A stretch of DNA of 63,068 nt, the filler included, from Choristocarpus tenellus KU-1152 (taxonomy: Eukaryota; Protista; Phaeophyceae): NCBI GenBank assembly GCA_964200185.2. It is 12 parts of 12 records of this genome, joined end to end, with 100 filler letters (N's around TTAATTAATTAA, not from the genome) between each part and the next. Parts side by side here need not be neighbours in the genome. Positions count along the whole stretch, not along the records: positions 11,570 to 14,329 come from CAXNAD020024984.1; positions 14,430 to 18,841 come from CAXNAD020014680.1; positions 18,942 to 21,470 come from CAXNAD020027032.1; positions 21,571 to 32,106 come from CAXNAD020002871.1; 8 more parts are not named here. One strand, given 5' to 3'. The notes below the pieces were generated by a model. It ran no database searches. It was not told where the DNA came from and saw nothing but the letters and a program-made list of their open reading frames with translations. The position numbers and the translations under genes were made by a program. Below are positions 13,117 through 26,301 of this stretch, piece by piece; the stretch's first letter is position 1, and every line of letters begins with the position of its first letter.

Positions 13117-14118
13117 ATGAAGAAGAGTGTCCATGTTGTGACTGCTTTGATCTACTCAATTGGTCAAGCGTCTGCGTTCATCTCCCTTGACATGTCAGCA
13201 ATGGTTGCAACGTCCAAGGACGCGAGAGTGGATCCTGTGGTTGAACATGCTGTGGCATGGTCCTCCACCCAGGGATTGGGCATGGTTGTTAAGGACAAAG
13301 ATGATCTTTTCACAAGCACTCATTTGCCATTCAGCCTCCTTCCATATAGTGAGTCGATTGTGCTCATTGCTCCTGGTTTCCTCAGAAGAATAAATTATGT
13401 TGGCTCATCTGCATCCCTGATCCGATGTTTTCGGTGCAGTATACATGCCATTCATCCATCCCTTGCTGAAGCAATTGACGTATTGGGTTCACTCCGTGAC
13501 AAATGATGTTTGGCTTCCTATTGCAGCTCTTCCATGCGGTGCCTTCGAACAGGCGCGGAAATGGACCCCTCTTTTCAATACCCTTGTGGATCGAGTGAGT
13601 CGTGATGGAGCCTGGCTGAAGGAGGTGTTGACAGACGTTGTGGTGAGCACAAGATGTAAGGGGGATGTGAGCCTTCTCCACTTTTGGTCTCAGCTGCTTC
13701 GATATCCCTGTAAGGCCTACGCTGCGAGGCTATCTTCCTAAGTGGTATTTCAGATGCACATAATACGGGGGGGTGCCCAGGATGTGTGAAGGTTACTTCT
13801 CTATCCTGTATATTGTTCCTCCTATGCGATCTAGTATCCTAACCGAATAGCCTGCGTCCCTGCGCAATTCTCAGAGTCTCCAAAAATCTTTCCTAGCCAA
13901 TCCTATGGTTCTAGGTAGTCCTTCTGTGATTCCTTACAATCGCATTCGACTTGAATATGTGGCAGGTGGGCGATGAGTTTACAGCAGAACTCATGCGCAT
14001 ACATGACATTATCCAGGCAGAGGGTGGACCACGGCAGTCTGTCTGCCTTGGGATCAACCGATCCGACTACATGCTGCACGCCCCGAAAGAAGAAGGCATC
14101 ACTCCGCACCTTCTTCAG
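13117..14118 (+). CDS. GSS: Glutathione synthetase (eukaryotic type), 5' part. Exons 13117-13348, 13527-13642, 13966-14118
   Basis: Spliced product contains THLPFSLLPY.LP..AFEQA..WTPLFNTLVDRVSRD..WL..VL..V..GDEFT..L and LGINRSDYM, typical of eukaryotic GSS. GT-AG junctions are phase-compatible. Confidence 0.92.
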
Positions 14119-16069
14119 GTATGCTACCTCTGCAGGTTGGGTTAAAGATGCGTCACATCGTGCTGTACGGCAGTGAAAATAGCGTAACTCTCCCCTAAGC
14201 AAGTAGCTTATCCTCAAGTTATGAATTGTCTGGTGATTATGGCTTCCTTCATGCTACCTTACCCTCCCCGACCCCCCCCTCTACTTGTCATACTTTCTTT
14301 CTTTTCTTTTTTTCATCGTTTTTTTGGTTNNNNNNNNNNNNNNNNNNNNNNNNNNNNNNNNNNNNNNNNNNNNTTAATTAATTAANNNNNNNNNNNNNNN
14401 NNNNNNNNNNNNNNNNNNNNNNNNNNNNNCCAAGATACTTTTTGAGTGCTCAAAAATCGCGACATGAAAAAATTGACCCCAAATGGACAGTCGCCACGCC
14501 CTTCCGGATACTTTGAGTCCCTTAACCGGGCGTAGCTCATGACTGTACAGCAGTTGCAGCTAACGCAATATCAGACACACAAAACGGCGAATGCTTGTAT
14601 TTATCTTCAGACATCCCCTACCTTAAGTACTCCCTCTAACCCAATAATTTTACCCATCATTATTGAGAGGTTGAGAGGACAGATGTCCCAGAAGGTGACT
14701 TGTTGATCCTAGAAGAGACGTAGCCTGTGATGCTTTCAATTATATGGAAACAAAACTAGAAATGACTAACCCAAATTCCACATGGAATTTGGGCACGTCG
14801 TTTCTAAAGGGTTCACAAAAATATAGACACCAACACAAAACCATTCAAATAAAGTAGGGTAGCGAGATTGAAGGTTTAAGTTTTAAGATAGGATATTGAT
14901 GGTTCGGTATAGAATCAGGAAGGTTTTTAAGTTGTGGATGTAGATTAAGGAACATATCTCCATGTAATACCTCCCTGTGAAATAATTGTTTGGGTTTATG
15001 CGGTTGGGTTATTATTTTTTGGATATCAGGTGTGTGTTACGGTTAGAAAATGTGATCGAGAGAAAGTCTATTGTATTGCTGAGGTGGTTGGGTGGGCGAT
15101 CTTCATCCTCGCACGCATCATATATATGTGTGTTGTTGGCGTAGGGTCGTTGAACTGGATGATCTTTTGCAGTATTGTTACACACATGTTGATTTTAGTA
15201 AGCCGAAAACGCAGTCCAGAAGTCCGTTGACACATTAATCCTTTGTTCATCTGATATGTAAGCAGGGGGTGTCTCCACCAATAGCTAAGTTGTTACTAAG
15301 GAAAGGGGAGGATGCATGCGTGAAGCAAACACACTCTTGTAAAATCAAAACCACCATCAACACTCACTGTGGATAAGCTATGGCTTGATCAGAGCCGCAA
15401 GACAAGGGATTCATTAAGGATGGGGTGACAGGTGCGATTTTGCGTCTTGTTTTGAAATAAATATAGCAGTAACTGTTCCTACTATATTATGCTGAATGTG
15501 AACGTTTCCTCATATCTTCGAATATATCTATATATTTGGTGTTGTGATTCTGTAGGTGTCGATTTTTCAAGCAATTCCCCCTTAGAGACCTCTTCAAGAA
15601 ATGTTTGATAATGTTTGGGAACATATTATTTTTCTCACACTTTTTCCAAGACCTTTTTCGAATTGATTGATTTTCGAACCATTTATTCATTTTCGGAACA
15701 TTTCCTCTCATTTTTCCTTGACCTTTAGAGGGCAAGTTTGACATTACGTTATTATGTACTTATTACAACTGCCGGTACCCTTGTTTGCATGCAGGTGATA
15801 AGAAGTATTCGAATTTCGTGGTAATTCACAAGCTCCTTCCAGTTCCTTATCCTTTCTTCCTCCTTCCAAGGTTGTTCAGCCAGCACGTAATTCTCCTCAA
15901 CGCAAGTTGTAGGTTCGAGCTAGAGATTGGATCACTGGGAGTGGGATTGACTTTTGTGGCAGATGTATGGAAGGTGGATTGATGTGTTTGGGACGCGTGA
16001 AAAAAGTTCGTATTGAGGCTAAGACTAAGGAGGAGATCTATTTTCGTTTGTGAGATGGATATATGATCG

Positions 16070-16600
16070 GTTGGTCTGATAGGATTGCTCATTTGATTAT
16101 GGAAGCAGTGTGTAGGACCAAGTATACAACCAGAGAGTATATTATCAAGGGGTTTTGTTACATGATTTGGTGCAGTGTGGTTGCGAGCAATGTAAAGCAG
16201 ACCCCTGTGTTTTTCGATATGTGGGAAATTGCTTAGTGCATGCAGTGATAGTTCCCAATATTGATTACCTTATTGTTGCAGGATTGATGATGCTCTTGTT
16301 TGAGTTCGCTCCAGGATCGAGGAGTACTTCTCTATTGAGGATTTTGGATACTTGGAGTACTAACTATTGCTATCTAGGGTCTGAGGTTTCACGCAACAGG
16401 ATCACACGGGACATTAGTACTAGTCGAACCACTTACAGTATGACCACGTGTGTATAGTGTGGATATATGGAATAAGGAGGAGAGTGGTGCCCTCGATCTC
16501 TCCAGGACCCTGGATAAGAGTGAAAAAAAAATTGTGTTGGATATGTACCGAATTTGAAAGCTGTAGATCCTTTGGAGCAGACAGCAGTGGTGACTAGGCC
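16070..16600 (+). mobile_element. Copia RT fragment (degenerate)
   Basis: GCEQCKADPCVFRY...VIVPNIDYLIVAG resembles the Copia DPC..(Y/H)VDD region; YLGSEV follows. Confidence 0.7.
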
Positions 16601-17189
16601 ATACATTGAAACAACTCAGTTTGTTGTATGAGGTAACCATGTGTTGCGTGTCCGCTAATGATCGTCAAACGAAAAGGTAACAGGTCAGAACTTGTTGTAC
16701 CAATATAGTACTCCGGAGTATTTGACAAGTATGTGCACACGGTTCTTCGAGTAACACTATGTGTGCTGCTTCATCAACTACTGTGACCACCACAGGTCAA
16801 TACGTCCAAGTAAGTGTCGTGTCTGTACCCACAGGTTGTTAAGGTAGTAGAGCGCGTGTAAGGGAACACATCGGGCAGCACAGTATACTCTAAATGATGC
16901 TTGCTGTAGGTGGGAGAGCACTGATGAAATGCTTAAGTTGTCTCATAGCGCATGCATTGAACACATGAAAAGTTGTGAGCGAAAAGGATAGGCTACTCTT
17001 TCAAATATAGTGTACCAAGCGTGAGAGTAAGAAAAAAATATCAACAGGCAAAAGAAGTGGGACATGGCACAGTCCATCGAATGTATCACCTCCGGACTAG
17101 GGCAAGAAGTCCCGGACTATGGGTTGCACGGACAGTGTCGATAAAATGCTCTACTGTAGTACTTGGGGAGTAATGTCACGCATAGAATA

Positions 17190-18620
17190 AGTCCGTCCTT
17201 ACCTCTTAAAATGACGTACTCCATAATCACAAAATGCAGGGTCTTTTTGATGCCAAGCAACCCCATGCAAAAGTTCTATGAGAAAAAGAAACATTGGTCT
17301 TAGACTACTGTGATCAGATTCTGAGTCGCGCGGGCAAAGTATTCCATTGGTAGAGAACCATTGTTCTGAACGGTGTTGTACGGGTGAACGTATTCCGTGT
17401 AGGAAGTGAATTATTTCCAATAAGCTAATTAACCGCCTTGTCTTCGCACCTACAATAAATGCTAGGGTTAAACCGAATGCTCATAACCAGCTCAAACAAG
17501 GAACTCAGGTAAGTATGATGGCCGTAAGACCAAGATTGTAGTAGGTACGGTGTACTTGTATGTACATTCTCGCTGTCAGGGTCCTCTTCGACACAAATGT
17601 CAGTACTGGTAAGGATAGTAACTGCTTGCCTTGCTCCAATACTAAAATATTATTAATGGATTATTCGCAGTCCTAGCTCCGCAAACCTACCTCTGTACTA
17701 TTCAATTAATCATATCTGGTCTCAGCAAACCGTTCCACTCTCTGCACCGTTAGTGTGGGGTGCATCGGTATCAAATACTTTGGGGATCATGATGTCAAGC
17801 AAGCCCAGATACTTTATACGCTGCTGGGCGTGTCGCAAACATTTCAGCACTTCACATATAGTTTTCACCACCACACCAACAATATTAAAATCGGAACCAT
17901 CAGAGTCAAAGTATCTTAGAGGGTACGAATTTTCGTCTGTTTGTCCATTTGGGGCTTGCCTTCTCACAGGTCTCTTACGACATTTTCCTTCTCCGAAATG
18001 TTTTGGAGTAGGTAAAATGCGAACATTATGAAAAGGTGTGTTCGAAACAAGGATATTGACACTTTTCCTTAACAAACACAATAGCCAAAATTTTATCAAA
18101 ATCGTGCCATTGAATTTTGGTCCCCAAACGGACGCGGCTCTACCCTCAAAGATAATTTGACTCATCAATGTCGACACTACCAATATATAACTCGACCTAC
18201 CAAGGAGGATAAATTCCTATCGTATTTTCGCCTATTCACCATGCTGCGAGGGTTGATAATGTAACCCTCAACACACTGTCATCAGCAACCCTTCTCTATA
18301 CCTAAATCATCGACTAGTATCCAACCCACAAGCATCTTGCACTCAGAATGGTCTCAATGTATGTGGCAGAGTAAATGATGTACCAAAAAAGATTAGGGAT
18401 TCCAATCAACTCCTATAACTTGCACTTCGTGGGTGCACGCAAAAAATATAATATATATATAACCAAGACAATTTTACTATCCCCCTCTGGGAACTTGTCA
18501 AGTAAAGTGTATTTGCAAAACCCTTCCACCATCAGTTGGATTGGAACACTCTTCAGCACTAACATATCTGGGTCTCCCAGTCGTCTATAACGATGGTGAG
18601 AGGAGGTCCATGACCTATAT
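17190..18620 (-). mobile_element. Possible Helitron RepHel remnant, interrupted by a MITE
   Basis: Weak motifs in the expected order: PEGDSKIVLVIYILYFLRAPT (cf. P..GE..YLRLLL...GPTS), AC.G/ILVDD and WFSTNGILCPRD (cf. Pif1 AIL.P.N). Highly decayed. Confidence 0.3.
17903..18163 (+). mobile_element. MITE, ~260 bp subfamily (Sola-like), full copy
   Basis: TIRs GAGTCAAAGTATCTT...AAGATAATTTGACTC with 4-bp direct repeat ATCA on both sides. Confidence 0.9.
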
Positions 18621-19457
18621 TTCAACCCCTTAGGTAGCGCTTGCGTTGACCTGGCAAGTAAGAGGGAGAGGGAGACACGAGTTATTGTGGGCGTAAGAAT
18701 TGAAGTTTATCACAAATATGAGACGAAGTATTGTGGACCTGATAATTTGAAAGTTATCACCTCCACAAATTCAATTTCCGGGTTTGATTTTCAGAAGTTA
18801 CTTTTCAAATAAGACCCAAAGTATCTGGGAGGGGGGGGGGGNNNNNNNNNNNNNNNNNNNNNNNNNNNNNNNNNNNNNNNNNNNNTTAATTAATTAANNN
18901 NNNNNNNNNNNNNNNNNNNNNNNNNNNNNNNNNNNNNNNNNCCCCCAAATACTTTGTGGTGTCTATCTTGTCCCACACACCGCATACATACTACTAACAG
19001 TGCTACATGCATTCATTCACTAATATGGTGAAATGGATGTGCAGAAATCTTCGATGATCACTTCTTTTCCATAATGAGTTTCAGTCCTGGATCTAAAACC
19101 TCCTCTCTCATTCCTCTAACACCACCCTTCTATCTCTTCTGCCTTGATTATCACCATTAGTGCAACCTTTTCTGTAGTAGGAATTTTAGTGGTTGCAGTA
19201 GCAGACAAATCGTTACCATGTTTTGCAATTATAGACAGAGAGACAAGATGAACGCATCAGTCATCAGGTGTTAAAGGAAAAACAGATAAATCCAAAACTT
19301 AGGAAATATGCGCCACACAACACGACTGCGTACAACTGCACAGAGTGAGACAGGTATACTAGGCCAGCCAAGTGCTCTTTATCGTCCATAAAATGATAAC
19401 GAGTGTGCACGAGTGCACAAAACGGCGCCAGACTGGGCCTCATGTCAACAAGGTTCT

Positions 19458-19634
19458 GGCTCAAAGTATCTGGAGGATGGTGGCGGCTGTCCATTTGGAG
19501 TCCATTTTTCTATGTCGCAATTATTGGGTGATTTGCTTGCATGTGTCGGATGGATAATTTTAGTGTACTTTTCCTGGTCAGGGCCCAAATGGACACCCTG
19601 GTGTAGACCCCGCCCCCCCCAGACACTTTGAAAC
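19458..19634 (-). mobile_element. MITE, ~175 bp subfamily, inverted relative to 3516-3694
   Basis: Colinear reverse-complement similarity over the full length; no clear TSD. Confidence 0.85.
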
Positions 19635-20544
19635 TGGAGTATTATTGTTGTACTGCTGTATAGGAAGATGTTCTTTGCTCCTGTAGTACAGATCAGTTGA
19701 ATTGAGTTTCAAGGCATGGCAGTATCGACACAACATTGCTTCCCTTTGCTTGCTCCAACGAATGTATACTACTGGTGCTTACTCATAATTTGCACAAAAT
19801 CTATTTTTTTCCGTAGTTCAGGGGGAACGTTTAAAATAAACCACACATTCACTGCAAGAATTGGTATCCTCCACCCCCACTCACTATGCATCACGCAATG
19901 AGTTGTCAATTCAATGCATGCTGTAAGAGGTACAGCTAGTTGTTAGCAACGTGGCAGAACTGTATATATCCTCCTTGTACCTGAGAATTTCATACACTAC
20001 ACTACTACAACTTAGTAGTAGTAGTAGGAACAGCAATAGGAGAGGCGTAATGATGTTTGTTTGAGTCAACTCTTGTCCTCCCAGCCCAAAGAAAATAATA
20101 TCTGCGTAACAGCTGGTCATGCAACAAAAGTGTGTCAAATGATATACATGTATGTATGTATTTTGACAAGCAAAGATAAATTAAAGGGGTGCAGCAGCAC
20201 AGGAGGGACACTCGCCCTCATAGAGTGAGCGATACTCCTTCTTATGTCCCATGATCGATTACGCACAGTTCAACAGAAAAATGTCTTACCTAGGACTGTG
20301 GAGTAGTGTTGAAACAATTTTCCTATCAAAAACAATTGCTGGTGGTGCTTTCTACACCATTCCAATTGATGTGGATATTATCGTGATCATATGGAATGTT
20401 TTTCTGATGGGGCATAATTTTGGATAACCTTTATTCCTTATCTCCATAGTGTAGTGCTGTTACCACATATTTCAGTGTGACCATTGTGATCTCCTGCTGC
20501 CTGGTGAGTCACAGGTGATCACATTAACCATGTACAGTACAAAA

Positions 20545-20802
20545 GAGTCAAAGAGTCTTAGAGGGTAGAGCCGCGTCCATTTGGGGCCAAAACCTAACGT
20601 TGCAATTTTGATGTAATTTTGGCCATCGTGTTTGTTAGGAAGTGTCAATATCGACATTCTGGACACCCCTTTTCATACCGTATACATTTTACCTACTCCG
20701 AAACATTTTGGAGTAGGTAGAATGTCATTTAAAACCCATGAGAAGCCAAGCCCTAAATGGACAAATAGGGCAAAAATCGTACCCTCTGAGATAGTTTCAC
20801 TC
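20545..20802 (-). mobile_element. MITE, ~260 bp subfamily, inverted relative to 17903-18163
   Basis: GAGTCAAAG...TTTCACTC ends, flanks AAAA/AAAT, internal palindrome TTTTACCTACTCC..GGAGTAGGTAGAA. Confidence 0.85.
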
Positions 20803-22099
20803 AAATGAAGTAAAACTTGCACAGCCACAAGTAGTGCATACGTAATATGTGTATGCCCTAGTTCCTACCGAGCAAACCTTAGGTTCCAGCAACGTGACCC
20901 CATCACACACATGCACATACTGCCCCCACTTGTTGAGCAGATAACTTCGTCCCTGCCCAACCAAGTCAACTGAGCCACTAGTAAACAGCTCCAGGTATTA
21001 AGGAATGCAGCCAATCCAGCCTTGATTTCCATACAGTTGACAAGTCACGAGGCCCTGTTGAACGGAAAGATGCTATTGTTCCTTCTCCATATAAATCTGA
21101 TTTTTATGGTCTGATTGCACTACTGGAAATACCAACAAACACCAACCTGACCTGTAGCCGCCTGAGTATCTGAAATATACATTCTATGAACATCCTGCAC
21201 TGATATGCTTTATACTGAGTAATTTTGTGTTAAAAACTAATAGAGGAATGCAGCGCATATGATGCTATGCACTCGAAAATGCTCTCTTCTCACAGTGAGA
21301 CAAGCTCACACATAAGAAGCCATGAGTTTTATGTACACACAAGATCTCCCATTATACCCTTGTTTACCAGGTGAGGTTCAAAGTATCTGGGGGGGGGGGG
21401 GGGGGGGGGGGGGGGGGTGGGGGGGGGGGGGGGGGGCACCAGAGACCACAACCGCCGCCCAGAACCGCTGNNNNNNNNNNNNNNNNNNNNNNNNNNNNNN
21501 NNNNNNNNNNNNNNTTAATTAATTAANNNNNNNNNNNNNNNNNNNNNNNNNNNNNNNNNNNNNNNNNNNNAGTGATAATCGAAAAAAGGGTGAAAAACGG
21601 ACGCCGACACCCCCCCCTCAGATACTTTGACCCCTCTGCAGTCTCTGCTACCTCGGGAAAATAGGAAGAGAACGGCGAGTCCATCACCAGGTGATACAGT
21701 GACGAAGTCCGTGGGTCTGTGGGAAAGCCTGGTCACACCAGGGAAAGGGAGAACTGGGGTGGCCGCCGGAAGAGAACGTTGGGGAAGAGAGTAGCGTGAT
21801 TGCATGCCATTGTGCTCAGGAAACGCCTAAGTGAAAATCCGGGTGTAGAATATCATAATAGTGGACAGCTGCAGCAGGCCCTGGCTGTTTGGGAGCTATG
21901 CAAGGCAGAGTGGCTTAAGGAAACGAGAAAGAAGGTGTTAGGGTTGGGGTACAAGGGCTCTGAAGCCCGAAAGAAGGTCGAAAGGGCTCGCAAGGCGGAG
22001 GAGAAAGTGATCGTAACAAGGGCAGCTGTGGAGACCTTTCGATACCACCAAATCTTTTACTTCGAAGAAGTCGCGAAACAGGTGGAGATTTCCCTCTTC

Positions 22100-23200
22100 T
22101 CTGAGATCCCTCAACCACCAGACAATGGTCAGAAGCACCACAAGGAATAGATTGAAAAACTCTTGTTGTGTCAAGTCTTGGTGGTTGTGTTGCAGGTGGG
22201 CGCTGAAGTCCATGGACATGGCGACGTGTCCTTTGGAGAGGCCGGATTTGCAGTGTGTGTATTGTTGCGCCTGCTAAATGGTGGTGTTGTGATGAAGGAA
22301 GAAGCTCTTCTCGAAGTTTGCAAATATGACCTTTAGGAGTGTAGGGAATCCCTCCGTCCTTGGGAACAGTACCTGTATCAAATGGGCCAGGACGGTGCTG
22401 CGGGGGGGAGTATCTGCTCGTTGTTTGACGAATACGCCGTGACACATTCAATGTACACTGTAAATATTACTCGAAGGAAACTGCCACTCACCTTTCATCT
22501 CCGCCTGTGCTTGTCCGTAGATCCTTTGGTGTCTTCGTCATTGTTCTCCTCGGTCCTGTTCCTCCTGAAGTCGGGGGCAGACTCTCCCGCCATACACTTA
22601 GCAAAAATCAAATCGTCGGTCATGAGATTGTCCGCCCTCAGCTCTGCATATTTTGTCTTGATCATCTGGATCATGTCATCTTTGGTGGTCCTGCTGGGGA
22701 TGATGATGCCAAGTCTAGAGGACAGCGCCTGTGTGGCAGTGTAGACGGACATAGAGACTTATTGCCGCATGGGTGTGTGGTCTGGATGTGAACATGGGGA
22801 TACGGTCGATTGGTAGGGTAGGTTGCCGTATCGGTCCTGGACCCGGCGTGAGGGTGGAACCGGACAGGTTCGTCTTCCAAATCTAATTAGTTGGTGAGTG
22901 TTTGGATAAGGCACATCTTTATCTCCTGGCAAGTCTTGCGTTGCAGGTCCGCCTCCACCACCAGGGTGTATGCATGGACTAACTCGTTCCATGTGACACG
23001 GGTGCTGTGAGAGTCCAACATACAAGGGCACTTCCACATCGGATGAGATTTCCAGTCGCACTTGTCACATGTACCGTCGACACAAGAATTTTTGAAACTG
23101 CCCAAGAAACCGCCGGAGGACAGTTCGCTGAAGGGCTCCAGCACGGTCCTCTCACATCTGTTTTGTTTCGATTAGTCCAAGAGCGGTTTTTGTTGTCAGT
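22100..23200 (-). pseudogene. Sola2-like DDD transposase remnant, probably within a KLHDC4 intron
   Basis: Cys cluster C..KNSCVDGTCDKC..W.C..VTW, then FFLHHNTTI*QAQQYTHCKSGLSKGHVAMSMDFSAHLQHNHQDLTQQEFF. This matches the H...WQ..Q....L..G....DFxxN.....QD..Q pattern around the first catalytic Asp of Sola2-type transposases. Confidence 0.65.
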
Positions 23201-23583
23201 GTAGAGGTTTGTTTGAGTAGCGGATCAAACGTCACTAGTGGAGTCCAGCTGTTGCTGCCACATATTTAGAGGACGTAGTGAAACGGTTTGAGGGCGAGTA
23301 CGTTGGTGTGTAACTGCAGTGGGTTCAATATTTTGGATACCATTCCAGCTTGTCGTGCTCACACATTCACCATGTCGTGGGTGTGGTTTGGCATAGAAAC
23401 TTACGGGAGGAAGGCCATTAAATGAGCACCACTTTCGAGTGCGGCTTCCACTTTTTCAGAGTCGCATCCTTTGCCTTTGTCGCAGAATGCGCATGTGCAT
23501 GCACAAGTACGTTGTCCATCGTCGCCAAAGATTGTCCTCACATGTACTTTCTTCCATTTCTCTCTTAGGCACTGAACCTGGAG

Positions 23584-24901
23584 GTCGGTGGGGGAGGAGG
23601 AAGAAGCAATGGCTTGCCCACTGCCAAGGATCAATCCGTGTCTGGCAGTGAGGGGAAACACACTGTATGTCTATGGGGGGATGTTGGAGGTGAGTAGTAG
23701 CTACGGGGGTGGGGAGGGGAGAGCGAGGGGGATGGTGTGTTTGTTGTACCCCACAGTTATGTTCGTAGCAGTCTTAGTTACTCTGGAGCACTATTCAAAA
23801 CCGATTTTGTACCTAGGTGTCAGGGGATTGGGTACGTAGAAATCCTGGAGCATGCTGACAGGGAGGGCAGCGAAGCAAATAAAGATTGTGAAAGAAAAAT
23901 ATTGCGCCCGTACTTATGGTTAGGGTTAGGGTTACGGATTACTTCTGAAAAAGAAAAATAGAAGAAGAAAAGGATTGTGAAGAGGTGCCATAGAGGAGTA
24001 GTAAAACCATTCGAAGGCTTGTCGATGTTCCAAGTAGATGGATACGCTTTGAATGTGGTGTGTAATGAAGGGGGACAACACGCTCCCAGATTTTTTTAAT
24101 TTATTCTGTAGTATTGTGTTGTATTTTATTTTTATAATAGCGCTCAATGGAAGATGGATGTCGTTAGATCCTGTTTGTTTTTTTTCGTGAGGGACCTGTT
24201 GTTGTGGTCATTGTAAGATTTTATTTTTTGTTTGATGCTAGGCACTCGCCTGCACTTTCTCTCTCTCTCTCAATCAATCAATCAATCAATCAAGAACTTA
24301 TCTTTGTCATCTCAACCAATCAGCTGACACTCTGGTCAAGGTTGACTTCGTTCAGCTGGGCTGGATGGAGGAACAACCATAGATTTTTGACAGAAGCTGG
24401 AGAAATCGTAAACAACGAACTCCCATTACTAAAGTCTTCACTTGTTGATTGAAGATCCCACACTCTTTTGACAGCACGATACACTGAAACGCCTTCCCCT
24501 CTTCCACTCCTCACCTCACTTCAGCGTCTGTATCTTAACCAACACCTTCAGCCTCGCCATCGTGCCTACTTCCGTCGATGATCAATATTGCAAGGGTTAC
24601 GTGCAAGTATAGCTGAGAACTATCTTGCCTGTCGTATGTCTACGCTGTGAAGATAGTTCTACTGTGTATTTCATTTTACGTTTGTTTTGTTTTTTGACTC
24701 CCACCGAGGGGGATACACTTTCAACTCCTTGGTCAGGCGATGTCCGCCTTTCTTCCGCCGAGTGATTCACTCACAAATCGATAGTAGCGTAGCGTGCACT
24801 TGGGGATGGATGCACATATCACTGCCTGCTCCCTCGTAATTCATGTCACTCTCTGTCTCCTCCCTGCATACTCTATGAAAAGCTTAATAAGCTCTTTTTT
24901 T

Positions 24902-24936
<35 letters not shown>

Positions 24937-26269
24937 CCTCCTCTGTCGCCAGGTTGGTGATCGTGAGTTCACACTTGATGATTGTTGGACCCTCGAACTG
25001 AACACGCGTACTTACTGGACAAAGGTGCAGCCCGGAACCATGGACGAGCAGGCCTGGAAGGGGGAGGAAGAGGAGGGCTCGGAGTTCGATACGGGAGGCG
25101 ATGACGAGGATTATGACGATGAAGATGATGAGGTGTGGGCTCGGATGATGGGGGTGGGACGTTGGTGGAGTGAAACAGTAACTTCTGGAGGGGCAAGGCG
25201 AATTGACCCTGTTGACTGAAATGGACACGTACGGTATGAGGTTTGGTTTGTGTGTGTGTGTGTTTGTTTTACTTTTTTTGTAGTGTTTTCCTTACCCTTT
25301 TGATCCTATCTTTCTTTTTTTTGTAGTATTTAAAATATAAAATAGATCTTGGCATGACGACTCAGCAGCGGGGAGTGGAAAGAACTATCCGTCTACTCTG
25401 GAGTGTATTACAGTATTTCACAAGCAGTAGTCTTTGAAGTCGATTCCTCCATCATAACCAACAACGACCCAACGTCCTCCTCCATAGGGTTTTGTAGTGG
25501 AGGTGTATGGATGTTCCATGCAACCACTCTGCAGTAGGAAGACAGCATCCGTGATAGTAATGGTCGTATCCTACATTGTTGACTCTTGATTCTTGTCTAC
25601 TAGTGTAGGTAGGGCGTTGGACAGCATTATTAGTGGGTCAATATTCTCGCATGGGATAAGCACAAACGCCTTCCATCTGCCGATCGTTTGTCAAGAGTGT
25701 TGATTTGTAGCAACTTTGCAGCAGAATGCCAGCGCTCAGGCCGATAGTGCACCCATCATGTGTTATCCACGTGAATGTACGGGAGGTAAAAGCGATTTAG
25801 GTAAATTTGACCCTAATAGGTCCTTGATCAAAGGGGTCACCTCCTGTATTCAACATCTTTCTGAGAGAGACCCCTGCTTCAATGCCACAATCAATCAGTC
25901 GTTCCTCTCTGTAATACTACAAAGTTGAGGGTAGATTGATTTTTGGCACAGGTGAAGGAGGTGGGGGCAATGGGAAGCGGTTGTCTGATTTAGCATGGGA
26001 CGGTATGCTTGAGAGTTGGGTGAGAATTGCTGAGAAGTAATTCCTACTGTTGATGCTGTAGGAGGTCTTCCCTTGGACCCCCAAACTTCAACTATCATCG
26101 TTGTGATCCAAGTATCAATCGTTAGACATGACCATTGTTGACAGGGCAGATACAGCACGGACTCTTTGCTATGAAACTGTAATTTTTTGAGAGATTATTG
26201 AACAATAACGCCTGGAGCGTATGTGCCCGAGTGGAAATGATAAATAAATAAAAAATGTATGAGAGTAGC

Positions 26270-26301
<32 letters not shown>

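Noticed and set aside
20870-21175. Minus-strand exon-like segments
   Set aside because: In-frame stops in the candidate frames; no family recognised.
25340-26160. DIRS/Gypsy RNase H-like fragments (VVSYI, ADRLSR) in a KLHDC4 intron
   Set aside because: Motifs are too short and decayed to support a call.
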